A stretch of 45,642 nt of DNA, taken from positions 1 through 45,642 of the forward strand of contig JAHDDD010000002.1 of NCBI GenBank assembly GCA_020629535.1, written 5' to 3'. Position numbers and translations under genes: made by a program. Positions 28,693 to 37,777 of the stretch are shown one piece after another. How positions within the stretch are numbered: the stretch's first letter is position 1; each line of letters begins with the position of its first letter. Below the pieces are notes generated by a model, which saw nothing but the letters and a program-made list of their open reading frames with translations, ran no database searches and had not been told where the DNA came from. This DNA is from Saprospiraceae bacterium. Its GTDB lineage: Bacteria; Bacteroidota; Bacteroidia; Chitinophagales; Saprospiraceae.

Positions 28693-29655
28693 TTGGCTTT
28701 TGAATCACAAATCCATAAGACCCAATTAGATGATCGCTTTTATTATGAGCCTATGCTTTCTGGTCTTCCAAAAGCAAAACTTTCTGCCAATTTCGAATTA
28801 GGTGGTAAGATCATGCAATACCCTATATGGATATCCAGCATGACCGGAGGAACAGAATTGGCCAATACTATAAATAAAAGGCTTGCCACTGTATGTGGAA
28901 AATTCGGTCTTGGGATGGGACTCGGCTCCTGTCGCCAACTACTAGATAGTGACGAATATTTCAATGACTTTGATGTAAGATCATTGATGCCTGATCAACC
29001 ATTGTTTGCCAATTTAGGCATTGCCCAGATAGAGCAATTGATCGAAAAAGGTGAAACTGAAAAAATTGACCGGCTGATTGAAAAGCTCAGTGCTGACGGT
29101 TTGATTGTACATGTTAATCCTTTGCAAGAATGGTTACAACCTGAAGGAGATGAAATTAATCACATTCCAATCGAAACCATTCAAAAATTATTGTCAAAAG
29201 TAACATGCCCTATTATCGTTAAAGAAGTAGGTCAAGGATTTGGCAAAGCCAGTCTTAAAGCTCTTCTTTCAATGCCTTTGGAAGCCATTGACTTCGCCTC
29301 GAATGGAGGTACAAATTTTTCAAAAATTGAGTTGTTCCGATCAAATCCGATGCAACAAGCATTGTTTGAAAAAATAGCCAATCTTGGACATTCATCAAAT
29401 GAAATGATAGATTGGACAAATTCATTGGTTGATGATGTAGCCATTCAATCAAAAAAAGTAATCATCTCCGGGGGAATCAAAGATTTTCTCGATGGTTATT
29501 ATGCTATTCAAAAATGTAAATTGAATAGTATTTATGGAATGGCTTCCGGGTTTTTGAAACATGCCTTGGAAAGTCAGGAAGCAGTTGATACTTTTACCAA
29601 ATTGCAAATAGAAGGATTGGAAGTGGCACATGCCTTTCTGAGAATCAAAGAATAA
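28693..29655 (+). CDS. fni: Type 2 isopentenyl-diphosphate delta-isomerase (FMN-dependent); true start probably upstream of 28693
   Basis: ..YPIWISSMTGG..., ..GLGMGLGSCR.., ..IVKEVGQGF.., ..SGGIKD... 28693 is a TTG. The conserved ERKLDHIKLA motif is encoded in-frame just upstream (see findings). Confidence 0.85.
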   Translation: MAFESQIHKTQLDDRFYYEPMLSGLPKAKLSANFELGGKIMQYPIWISSMTGGTELANTINKRLATVCGKFGLGMGLGSCRQLLDSDEYFNDFDVRSLMPDQPLFANLGIAQIEQLIEKGETEKIDRLIEKLSADGLIVHVNPLQEWLQPEGDEINHIPIETIQKLLSKVTCPIIVKEVGQGFGKASLKALLSMPLEAIDFASNGGTNFSKIELFRSNPMQQALFEKIANLGHSSNEMIDWTNSLVDDVAIQSKKVIISGGIKDFLDGYYAIQKCKLNSIYGMASGFLKHALESQEAVDTFTKLQIEGLEVAHAFLRIKE

Positions 29656-29661
29656 TAGGAA

Positions 29662-30993
29662 ATGGCTGAAAAAGATAAAACCAAAACGATCAGTGGCTTT
29701 TCTTCCATGCGGAAGAGAGACAAGATCAAATGGATGGCCAAGACCTTTTTTACAGACCCAGAGGCTGTCATGCGTGAACTTATGAGCTATTGGCACTCGA
29801 GTGACGAACAGCAAAAAATTCTCGACGGCTTCAGTGAAAATACAGTAAGTAACTTCCCTATGCCTTTTGGACTTGCTCCAAACTTTTTAATCAATGGCAA
29901 GACCTATTGCGTGCCCATGGTCATTGAAGAAAGTTCTGTTGTGGCTGCGGCTTCTTCTGCAGCTAAATTTTGGATGACCCGAGGTGGATTTAAGACTGAA
30001 ATCATTGATACCAAAAAATTGGGTCAGGTGCATTTCCTTTGGTTTGCAGACAAGCAAATTCTTACCGATCATTTCCAATCCATTAAAGAAAAATTGATCG
30101 AAGATTGTTCCGATATATCTGCCAATATGAATAATCGCGGTGGTGGAATTCTGGATTTGGAACTAATCGATTTTACTGATAAAAAGGAGAACTATTTCCA
30201 AATAAGAGCTTCCTTCGAAACTTGTGATTCGATGGGTGCAAATTTCATCAATACTTGTTTGGAACAATTTGCCAAATCTCTTTATGAATACGGCACTAAT
30301 ATTACCGGAGATGCGAATGCGTTAGAAGTGAACATGAGTATACTATCAAACTATACGCCTGAATGTAGAGTGATTGCTTCGGTAGAATGTAACATAGAAG
30401 ATTTGGGTAATTTCAAAGGTAGCATGGAAGCGCATACATTCGCCCGTCGGTTTCGCGACGCTATTGAAATTGCAGAAATTGATCCTTACCGAGCTGCCAC
30501 CCATAATAAAGGCATATATAACGGTATTGACGCAGTTGTGTTGGCGACCGGAAATGATTTTAGAGCCATCGAAGCTTGCGGGCACACATATGCTGCTGAA
30601 GGTCAATACTCCAGTCTATCTCATTGTAAAATAGAAAAAGGAATATTTAAATTCTGGCTTGATATACCAATGGCCGTTGGTACTGTTGGAGGTCTCACCT
30701 CTCTGCATCCGATTGCAAAGAGAAGTCTTGAGCTTCTTGAAAATCCTGGAGCAAAGGAATTGATGAGTATCATTGCCGCAGTGGGACTAGCACAAAATTT
30801 TGCTGCTGTCAGATCATTGGTCACCACAGGAATTCAAGAGGGACACATGAAAATGCATCTCAAAAACATATTGAATCATCTACAAGCTACCGATACTGAA
30901 TCCGAACAAGCATTTAGCCACTTTAACGATAAGATTGTATCCTTCAATGCGGTGCGTGAATTTCTTCAGAAGACAAGAGATGTTAAAGTTTAA
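29662..30993 (+). CDS. mvaA: Class II hydroxymethylglutaryl-CoA reductase
   Basis: ENTVSNFPMPFGLAPNFLINGK.YCVPMVIEESSVVAAAS (class II signature around the catalytic Glu), DSMGANFINT, ..TGNDFRA.EA..H.YA, ..GTVGG.T.LHP. Confidence 0.9.
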   Translation: MAEKDKTKTISGFSSMRKRDKIKWMAKTFFTDPEAVMRELMSYWHSSDEQQKILDGFSENTVSNFPMPFGLAPNFLINGKTYCVPMVIEESSVVAAASSAAKFWMTRGGFKTEIIDTKKLGQVHFLWFADKQILTDHFQSIKEKLIEDCSDISANMNNRGGGILDLELIDFTDKKENYFQIRASFETCDSMGANFINTCLEQFAKSLYEYGTNITGDANALEVNMSILSNYTPECRVIASVECNIEDLGNFKGSMEAHTFARRFRDAIEIAEIDPYRAATHNKGIYNGIDAVVLATGNDFRAIEACGHTYAAEGQYSSLSHCKIEKGIFKFWLDIPMAVGTVGGLTSLHPIAKRSLELLENPGAKELMSIIAAVGLAQNFAAVRSLVTTGIQEGHMKMHLKNILNHLQATDTESEQAFSHFNDKIVSFNAVREFLQKTRDVKV

Positions 30994-31151
30994 ACCAACA
31001 TCATTCTTCTAGTGGTTTACCCTGATAAAAATGTAACTACAAATTAATTAGACCACAAATTCTTTTTAAAGATTCCAACAACTCACTTCGATTTAATTAC
31101 TTTTGCCGCAAACTTAAAACCATCGCTGCAGAGTTTTTTGGAAGGGGAAAA

Positions 31152-32045
31152 TTGTTGATTACTGCAGAGTACGCAGTACTAGACGGAGCCAAAGCATTGG
31201 CCTTACCGACCAAGCTAGGTCAACATATGAAAGTTACCAGTCAGCGAAACTCTGATCTCACCTGGAAAAGTTATGACCACGAAGGTAATATTTGGTTTGA
31301 AGCGAAGATTTCTTTTTTTGATTTCTCCGTTGTAAAAACAACCAATGACAAACAGGCCAATTACCTCTGCAAATTGTTAAAAGGTGCCGTAAAATTAAAT
31401 TCCGACTTCTTATCCAAATGGTCTGGATTTAAGGTGGTGACGACACTTGACTTTCCTCTTGAATGGGGATTGGGGTCAAGTTCTACATTGACATACCTCG
31501 TTGCACAATGGGCAGATGTTAATCCACTTCTTTTACATTTCAAAATTTCTGATGGTTCTGGGTATGATGTAGCTTGTGCCGGAGCAGAACTTCCAATCGT
31601 TTATCAAATAGAAGACGATACCATCAATTATCAGGAAATAGATTTTCTACCAAAGTTTAAAGACCAATTGTTTTTCATCAATTTGAATGTTAAGCAATCA
31701 TCTGAAGCAGGCATTGAATATTATATGAAAAACGCGAAAGGCAGAAAAGGCCTTGCACAAAATGTATCTGGTCTCACTGATGAAATATTGGCCTGTACAG
31801 AACTATCTGCTTTTGAAAACATCATTTCAAACCATGAAGAAATGGTGGCTGAAAGTCTTGGACTGGAAACTGTACAAACAAAGTACTTTTCAGACTATTG
31901 GGGTAAAACAAAATCTTTAGGAGCCTGGGGTGGAGATTTTATTCTCGCCACTTCTCAAAAATCAGCTGACGAAACCAAAAAGTATTTCCAAGACAAAGGA
32001 TACTCAACCGTTTTGAGTTTCGATGAACTATTCGATTATTCCTAA
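31152..32045 (+). CDS. GYDIA-type GHMP-family kinase (mevalonate-pathway context); true start probably upstream of 31152
   Basis: GHMP motif II (LEWGLGSSSTLTYLVAQW), GSGYDVACAG (GYDIA-like motif) and C-terminal ..LGAWGGDFILA. 31152 is a TTG. The conserved FFGRGKLL part of motif I lies in-frame upstream. Confidence 0.75.
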   Translation: MLITAEYAVLDGAKALALPTKLGQHMKVTSQRNSDLTWKSYDHEGNIWFEAKISFFDFSVVKTTNDKQANYLCKLLKGAVKLNSDFLSKWSGFKVVTTLDFPLEWGLGSSSTLTYLVAQWADVNPLLLHFKISDGSGYDVACAGAELPIVYQIEDDTINYQEIDFLPKFKDQLFFINLNVKQSSEAGIEYYMKNAKGRKGLAQNVSGLTDEILACTELSAFENIISNHEEMVAESLGLETVQTKYFSDYWGKTKSLGAWGGDFILATSQKSADETKKYFQDKGYSTVLSFDELFDYS

Positions 32046-32112
32046 TCAAGTAATTTGAAAATAAGCGGTATATTTGCCATTCATCTTCCCACCAACAGAA
32101 TTGTATAAATAG

Positions 32113-32120
32113 TACCTTTG
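32113..32120 (+). promoter_or_regulatory. Candidate -7 promoter box (TACCTTTG) upstream of cysS
   Basis: Exact TAnnTTTG match 59 nt upstream of the cysS ATG. No clear -33 element. Confidence 0.3.
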
Positions 32121-32178
32121 TACTCTGATCAATTGATACTTCAAGATCAGCAAACAATAACATAACACCGTTAAACAA

Positions 32179-33669
32179 ATGCACAATTCAACCTTGCAGG
32201 TTCACAATAGCCTTACTCGCAAGAAAGAAGTTTTCAAACCCATCAATGAAGGATACATTGGCATGTACGTTTGTGGACCAACAGTCTACAACGATGTACA
32301 CCTTGGCAATGTCAGAACTTTTGTAAGCTTTGATGTGATCTATAGATACCTTCTTTATTTGGGCTACAAGATTAGATATGTTAGAAATATAACTGATGTT
32401 GGTCACCTACTTGATGACGGAGAGGATCGAATTTTGAAAGGTGCAAGACTCGAGAAACTCGAGCCAATGGAAGTGGTACAAAAATATACCAATGGCTTTC
32501 ATGCCATGATGGAAATATTCAATACCAAAAAACCAAGCATTGAACCTCGTGCAACTGGACATATCATTGAACAGATTGAAATGGTTCAAAAAATTCTGGA
32601 TAACGGATTCGCGTATGAGAAGAATGGTTCCGTCTACTTTGATACACTAAAATTTGCAAAAGCAAAAGATTGTTATGGTGATCTATCTGGAAGAATCATT
32701 GATGATCTGCTTTCAGAGTCAAGAGATAATCTCAAGAATCAAGATGAGAAAAATCATCCTTCGGATTTTGCCATTTGGATGAAGGCATCTCCAGAGCACA
32801 TTATGAAATGGCCCAGTCCTTGGTCAGAAGGATTTCCTGGTTGGCATTTAGAATGTTCAGCAATGAGCACAAAATACCTAGGGTCAACCTTTGATATTCA
32901 TGGTGGAGGGAACGACCTTAAATTTCCACATCACGAAAATGAAATCGCTCAAAATGTTGGTGCGTGCAATTGTCAACCAGCCAACTACTGGTTACACACC
33001 AACATGTTGTTGATGAACGGACGAAAGATGTCCAAAAGCGATGGGAACACCATTACTCCTACTGAACTTTTTACAGGTGAAAGTCCTCACATTACCAAAG
33101 GGTACACACCAATGGTTGTGAAGTTCTTTATGCTACAATCTCATTATAGCTCTACCAATGACCTGACCAATGATGGACTTTTGGCTGCAGAAAAAGCCTA
33201 CAAAAGAGTCATGGAAGCAAACCGAACGCTACAGCAATTGACGACCAATGCAAGCAGCAATGATCTTGATGAAGAAATAAACAATATCATCGAGTCCGCC
33301 TTTGTGGATATGAATGATGACTTCAATGTTCCAAAAGCACTTTCACGATTATTTGAATTGGTGCCCAAAATCAATTCAATGAAAGATGGACATATAGATG
33401 TCAATCATTTAAGCAAAGATTGTCTTTCCAATCTGCAGAAAACTTTTTCCGATTTCCTTTTCGAAATTTTTGGCCTTCAAGATGATCAAGATCAAAACGA
33501 TGGTCAAGGTACAGCACTGGCAGGTCTTATGGACTTAATCATTGATATTAGAAAAAGTGCACGAGAAAATAAAGACTGGGGCACTGCCGATAAAATTCGG
33601 GATAAACTTTCTGAGTTAAATATCCAGGTTAAAGATGGGAAGGATGGAACAGAGTGGAGCCTTAATTAA
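32179..33669 (+). CDS. cysS: Cysteine--tRNA ligase
   Basis: MYVCGPTVYNDVHLGNVRTF (HIGH-type), ..GWHLECSAM.., ..DIHGGGNDLKFPHHENEIAQ.., KMSKS (GRKMSKSDGN). Confidence 0.95.
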   Translation: MHNSTLQVHNSLTRKKEVFKPINEGYIGMYVCGPTVYNDVHLGNVRTFVSFDVIYRYLLYLGYKIRYVRNITDVGHLLDDGEDRILKGARLEKLEPMEVVQKYTNGFHAMMEIFNTKKPSIEPRATGHIIEQIEMVQKILDNGFAYEKNGSVYFDTLKFAKAKDCYGDLSGRIIDDLLSESRDNLKNQDEKNHPSDFAIWMKASPEHIMKWPSPWSEGFPGWHLECSAMSTKYLGSTFDIHGGGNDLKFPHHENEIAQNVGACNCQPANYWLHTNMLLMNGRKMSKSDGNTITPTELFTGESPHITKGYTPMVVKFFMLQSHYSSTNDLTNDGLLAAEKAYKRVMEANRTLQQLTTNASSNDLDEEINNIIESAFVDMNDDFNVPKALSRLFELVPKINSMKDGHIDVNHLSKDCLSNLQKTFSDFLFEIFGLQDDQDQNDGQGTALAGLMDLIIDIRKSARENKDWGTADKIRDKLSELNIQVKDGKDGTEWSLN

Positions 33670-33670
33670 A

Positions 33671-34690
33671 ATGAGTACTATGAAAAATCTAAGCTGGATA
33701 TTGATCATCACGTGTTTGTGTTTCGCTGCCTGCGAATCGGACACTAAATCATCAACCGAAGTAAAACCAAATGCTCAAGCTACGAATTTAAAGATTCCTA
33801 CTTTTTCAGCAGACACTGCTTACAATTATGTAGCAAAGCAAGTGGATTTTGGTCCACGTGTGCCTGGTACAAATGAACACCAAGCATGCAAGCAATGGTT
33901 GGTTTCCCAATTTGAATCATTCGGTGCCGAGGTCATCGAACAGGATTTTGAAGCAAACATATACACCGGTGAGTCATTAGCCTCGACGAATATCATTGCA
34001 CAGATCAATCCAAAACATGCTAAAAGAATTATTCTTGCTGCTCACTGGGACAGTCGAATGATTGGCGACCAAGATCCAAATGAAGAACGAAGAAATGAAC
34101 CCATTTTAGGTGCTGATGATGGAGGTAGTGGCGTTGCCGTTCTTTTGGAAATTGCTCGATTGGTAAAAGACAATCCCATTAATATGGGCATCGATTTTAT
34201 TTTGTTTGATGCCGAAGACCAAGGAAAGAGCGGACCTTCAGCTCCACTGAATTCATGGTGTCTGGGGTCTCAATATTGGTCAAGAAATAAACACCGAAAA
34301 AATTATAAACCCATCTATGGAATTTTATTGGACATGGTTGGTGCTAAAAATCCTGTCTTTGGACAAGATGATTATTCACTTAAATTTTGTGGCAGTAAAG
34401 TGAAAAAGATTTGGACACTTGCACAAAATATGGGCTACGGAGATTTATTCGTCAACAAACGTATTGGTGAAATTGTTGATGATCATGTTTATGTAAACGA
34501 ATTGGCGAAAATTCCAATGTTGGATATTATCAATACTCCAAAAAAGAAATTCTCAGAAGGGAACAATACATTTCAAAAATGTTGGCATACACACTGCGAT
34601 GATTTATCCGTCATTGATAAAAGATCACTGCGTGTAGTTGGTCAAGTTGTGACTGCGACAATTTATAAAGAATCAATTGGCAATCTTTGA
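33671..34690 (+). CDS. M28-family zinc protein, glutaminyl-peptide cyclotransferase-like lipoprotein
   Basis: ATG 33671 gives MSTMKNLSWILIITCLCFAAC (lipobox), 1 nt after the cysS stop. M28 metal-site motifs AHWDSR, GADDGGSGVAVLLE, FDAEDQG, WHTHCDD. Confidence 0.75.
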   Translation: MSTMKNLSWILIITCLCFAACESDTKSSTEVKPNAQATNLKIPTFSADTAYNYVAKQVDFGPRVPGTNEHQACKQWLVSQFESFGAEVIEQDFEANIYTGESLASTNIIAQINPKHAKRIILAAHWDSRMIGDQDPNEERRNEPILGADDGGSGVAVLLEIARLVKDNPINMGIDFILFDAEDQGKSGPSAPLNSWCLGSQYWSRNKHRKNYKPIYGILLDMVGAKNPVFGQDDYSLKFCGSKVKKIWTLAQNMGYGDLFVNKRIGEIVDDHVYVNELAKIPMLDIINTPKKKFSEGNNTFQKCWHTHCDDLSVIDKRSLRVVGQVVTATIYKESIGNL

Positions 34691-34737
34691 TAAGAATTAA
34701 TTCAAATTGTTTTTAACAAAATAAACGACACAATAAT

Positions 34738-35757
34738 ATGAAACATTTTTTTACACTAATTATTCTACTAGGTTCCATCGGGCTAACTTTTGGTCAAGGA
34801 AATAGACCAGTACTTACTAAAGTTTCAGCTACGTGGTGCCCAAATTGTGGAAGCTGGGGTTGGAACATGATGGACAAAATGGTTTCTGAGATTGGAGCTG
34901 AAAATGCTACGATCATGGCCATTCACCACAGTGGTGAACTTAACAATGCTGTGAATGCATCTTTCTCAGAAAACTTAAACATTAATAGTCAACCGTCATT
35001 TTACTTTAATAATACAAGGATTAACGTTAACGGTGCAAGCATCGATCAGGCCATTGATGAAATGAAAACAATGATTGATGAAATGAACTCTTCACAGCCT
35101 GAAATGGAAGTGAAAGTCCATGGCTATTATGGCGAAAACGAAGGAGACGTCATTGCCGATGTTACAGTTGATGTTAATCAAACAATGACTGGAGAGTTTA
35201 CTTTGGGCGTTTACCTACTTGGAGATGACTACGTTCACTTCCAATCAGGTCAAGGTAACGATGCAGAGCACAAGAAACTTTTGCTAGGTACTTTTACGAA
35301 TGATCACTTTGGTGATAATATTTCTGATGCTGGGGAAGTAGCAGTTGGTACTTATGAACTGAGTTTCACAAATACTTTCACCCTAAGAGAAACACCTTAC
35401 GATATTGCAGTTATTGTATGGAGAAAAGATGGTGATACCTATATGATTCAAAATTCATCTATGGTAGAGAATATAGCCACTCTTTCAAGCAATGAAAATT
35501 TGGAATGGATTGATTCAAGCAACGTTTACTTCGATGGAAATAATGTCAATGTTGAAATCAATGCATTGAACAATATCGGTACTTACAAGCTTTCTGTTTT
35601 GGATGTAAATGGAAAACTTGTTTATCAAGATACTGACCGTACTGAATCACAATTGTCTCAGGCAATCAATGCCGCTAGCTGGTCTTCAGGAATGTACATT
35701 ATCAACGTTCAATCTGAAATCGGAGCCATTTCAGAAAAGTTGATGATCAATAAGTAA
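34738..35757 (+). CDS. Secreted thioredoxin-like / Omp28-related protein with T9SS C-terminal sorting domain
   Basis: Signal peptide TFG|QGN, ATWCPNCGSWGW motif, and C-terminal ..YKLSVLDVNGKLVYQ...SSGMYIINVQSEIGAISEKLMINK (CTD pattern). Confidence 0.7.
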   Translation: MKHFFTLIILLGSIGLTFGQGNRPVLTKVSATWCPNCGSWGWNMMDKMVSEIGAENATIMAIHHSGELNNAVNASFSENLNINSQPSFYFNNTRINVNGASIDQAIDEMKTMIDEMNSSQPEMEVKVHGYYGENEGDVIADVTVDVNQTMTGEFTLGVYLLGDDYVHFQSGQGNDAEHKKLLLGTFTNDHFGDNISDAGEVAVGTYELSFTNTFTLRETPYDIAVIVWRKDGDTYMIQNSSMVENIATLSSNENLEWIDSSNVYFDGNNVNVEINALNNIGTYKLSVLDVNGKLVYQDTDRTESQLSQAINAASWSSGMYIINVQSEIGAISEKLMINK

Positions 35758-35786
35758 GAACAAAGGAAAAATAGGATATATTTTGG

Positions 35787-35813
35787 AGCAGGTCAATGGA
35801 CCTGCTTTTTTTG
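35787..35813 (+). terminator. Rho-independent terminator
   Basis: AGCAGGTC-AATG-GACCTGCT: perfect 8-bp stem and 4-nt loop, followed by TTTTTTTG. Confidence 0.75.
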
Positions 35814-35836
35814 TTTGTAATTATATGAATACATCA

Positions 35837-37777
35837 CTAGTTGAAATTTCTCTGCCAACTCAAAATAGGAATCATGCCCAACTGAGTTCTCAAAAGCAAA
35901 TCTTCATTTAAAAAATCTAAGTAAAGAGATCCATCATTCTCTCTTGAGGTTACATTCTGAATATCCAAGGTTAATATTGACTTCTTAAATCTGTATTCTA
36001 ACCTTGTATCAATTCTGAAATAAGGAGACAATCTTTGTTCTTTAGGAAGTAAGTATCTTTCGTATATGCCTCCCCGGTAGTGTGTTGCCATATTTACTCC
36101 CAATGTTCTTCCGCGAGAAAATTTTATCTTCTTCGAAAGGGTGAAGTTGAAAATGTAGTTATAATTATTTCTTGCATTTAATGATAGGTCATTGGTTCCA
36201 TACTTCAAATCAAAGAGACTAAAGTTGGCGTTGAAATACCAGTCATTTGCCAGTTGAGCATTGAACATGGTTTCCACACCTTGAGATCTTGCTTTTCCTT
36301 CAACAAACCTTTCTACATCAAAATTCTCATCCAAACCATTGAGAGGACTAAGGTTGAATCTTGGATCGATAGGCACGTTACTCAAATTATGATGAAAGAG
36401 TCTAACTAGAAATCCTCCACTCTGGAAAATACCTTTTGATCTCAATTTGCGTTTCAAGGCAATGGCATTGACAAATCCGGTCATGGTATTTAGCTCATCA
36501 TTTATTCCATTCAACGGTATGAATCCAGATAGGATTTGGTGGGTAAAACTGCTGCTTAATTCTATGGTTGAGTTTCCTTTATGAAAAGATAAATTGGCTG
36601 AACCTTCTGGTAATATTTCATTAGTCAATGATCCATATAACAATCCGGGACTGAGCTCAAAGTTTGCCGATTTCGATATGTAACGATATTGAAGTGAAGG
36701 TCTGATTTGGATTTGCTCAATGTTCCCTGAGCCGTAGACATTATTGAATTCTGTTGATTGATATTTTGAATGGACAGCAATGTCAATCTTCTGTGTTACT
36801 TTATTTAAGGCATTCTGTTTACCAAAATAACTTACCATCCAATTATCAGAAGTTCCGGTTTCTCCAGAGCAGAAAGGATCATTTAACCAGTACAGTCCAT
36901 ACATTTCACAATATCTTCTATCACTAAAATTTGAAACAGCCAATGAATGTGAACTTCGATTTTTTGTATAATTTAATCCACCTACGATGATTGATGAACT
37001 ATAATCAATCTCTTGGAGATCTTTGGTAATCTCTGCATCATCGAAATCATCAACTCGAGCATGAAAGTTCGAATTTTTGGCAAGAGAAATAAAGGCTGAA
37101 AAATGATCTGTAGGCTTGTATTGCAAAAATACATCTTGAAATTTAATGTCTTCGTTTCCAAAGCTGACACCCAGATCGGAAAGCAGCCCAACTGTGGAAT
37201 ATCTAGCATGGGCTTTGAATGCTTCACCTTTTGATTGGTAGGAACCTTCCATGCCTAACAGTCCAAGTTTTATGAAAGTGTCTGATTCTCCACCAAAATT
37301 AAAATCAGCCGTTCCAGCCAATGCTGAAGGTCCAGCTAAACTAGTTGGGCTTCCATGAAAACTAAATTTTTTAATTGTCTCAAATGGGAACATCAAAACT
37401 CCACCTGCCGATGCACTACTTTGATCTGTCAGTGTGCCAGCATTACTTAGATGATTTGGATTTAATATTTCTGCACCATCAACAGACCATTTTATCATCC
37501 ATGAAGGCAGACCTCTTAGTATGATTCCATTTGCCTGATCATTGGGAGTTGATATACCGGTATGCCTGTATAGTACACGAGAAGGATCTCCAAAAGTCGC
37601 TGCCAATTCTTGGCTATTTCTACCAACAATTATTGTATTTCGTCTTAGTTCAAATTGTGGATCTAGTGGATGTGCTATGAGTTCAAAGGTATCAAGATCG
37701 CTCAACAACAATGAGTCAGCAAGCTGAGCATTCAATGAAAATGAAAAACCTAAAAGTAGACAAACTAGAATTCTCAA
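35837..37777 (-). CDS. TonB-dependent receptor-like outer membrane beta-barrel (short form)
   Basis: Signal peptide LNA|QLA. Plug-like FGDPSRVLYRHTGIS...NGIILRGLP...WSVDGAEILNPNHL, then ~500 aa of alternating beta-strand pattern. The start is a TTG that overlaps the upstream stop (TTGA). Confidence 0.7.
   Translation of the reverse strand: MRILVCLLLGFSFSLNAQLADSLLLSDLDTFELIAHPLDPQFELRRNTIIVGRNSQELAATFGDPSRVLYRHTGISTPNDQANGIILRGLPSWMIKWSVDGAEILNPNHLSNAGTLTDQSSASAGGVLMFPFETIKKFSFHGSPTSLAGPSALAGTADFNFGGESDTFIKLGLLGMEGSYQSKGEAFKAHARYSTVGLLSDLGVSFGNEDIKFQDVFLQYKPTDHFSAFISLAKNSNFHARVDDFDDAEITKDLQEIDYSSSIIVGGLNYTKNRSSHSLAVSNFSDRRYCEMYGLYWLNDPFCSGETGTSDNWMVSYFGKQNALNKVTQKIDIAVHSKYQSTEFNNVYGSGNIEQIQIRPSLQYRYISKSANFELSPGLLYGSLTNEILPEGSANLSFHKGNSTIELSSSFTHQILSGFIPLNGINDELNTMTGFVNAIALKRKLRSKGIFQSGGFLVRLFHHNLSNVPIDPRFNLSPLNGLDENFDVERFVEGKARSQGVETMFNAQLANDWYFNANFSLFDLKYGTNDLSLNARNNYNYIFNFTLSKKIKFSRGRTLGVNMATHYRGGIYERYLLPKEQRLSPYFRIDTRLEYRFKKSILTLDIQNVTSRENDGSLYLDFLNEDLLLRTQLGMIPILSWQRNFN

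Noticed and set aside
28493-28729. 78-aa plus-strand ORF spanning the TPR-gene start and the fni upstream region.
   Set aside because: It overlaps the TPR start codon region and the conserved fni N-terminal motif in another frame. The product is hydrophobic/basic junk-like. It is relevant only because its internal ATG (28661) is 2 nt out of frame with fni.
35787-35813. Asked whether the terminator at 35787-35813 also terminates the convergent TonB-dependent receptor gene.
   Set aside because: On the minus strand the hairpin is followed by CCAAAATATA rather than a U-tract, so it is supported only as a plus-strand terminator.
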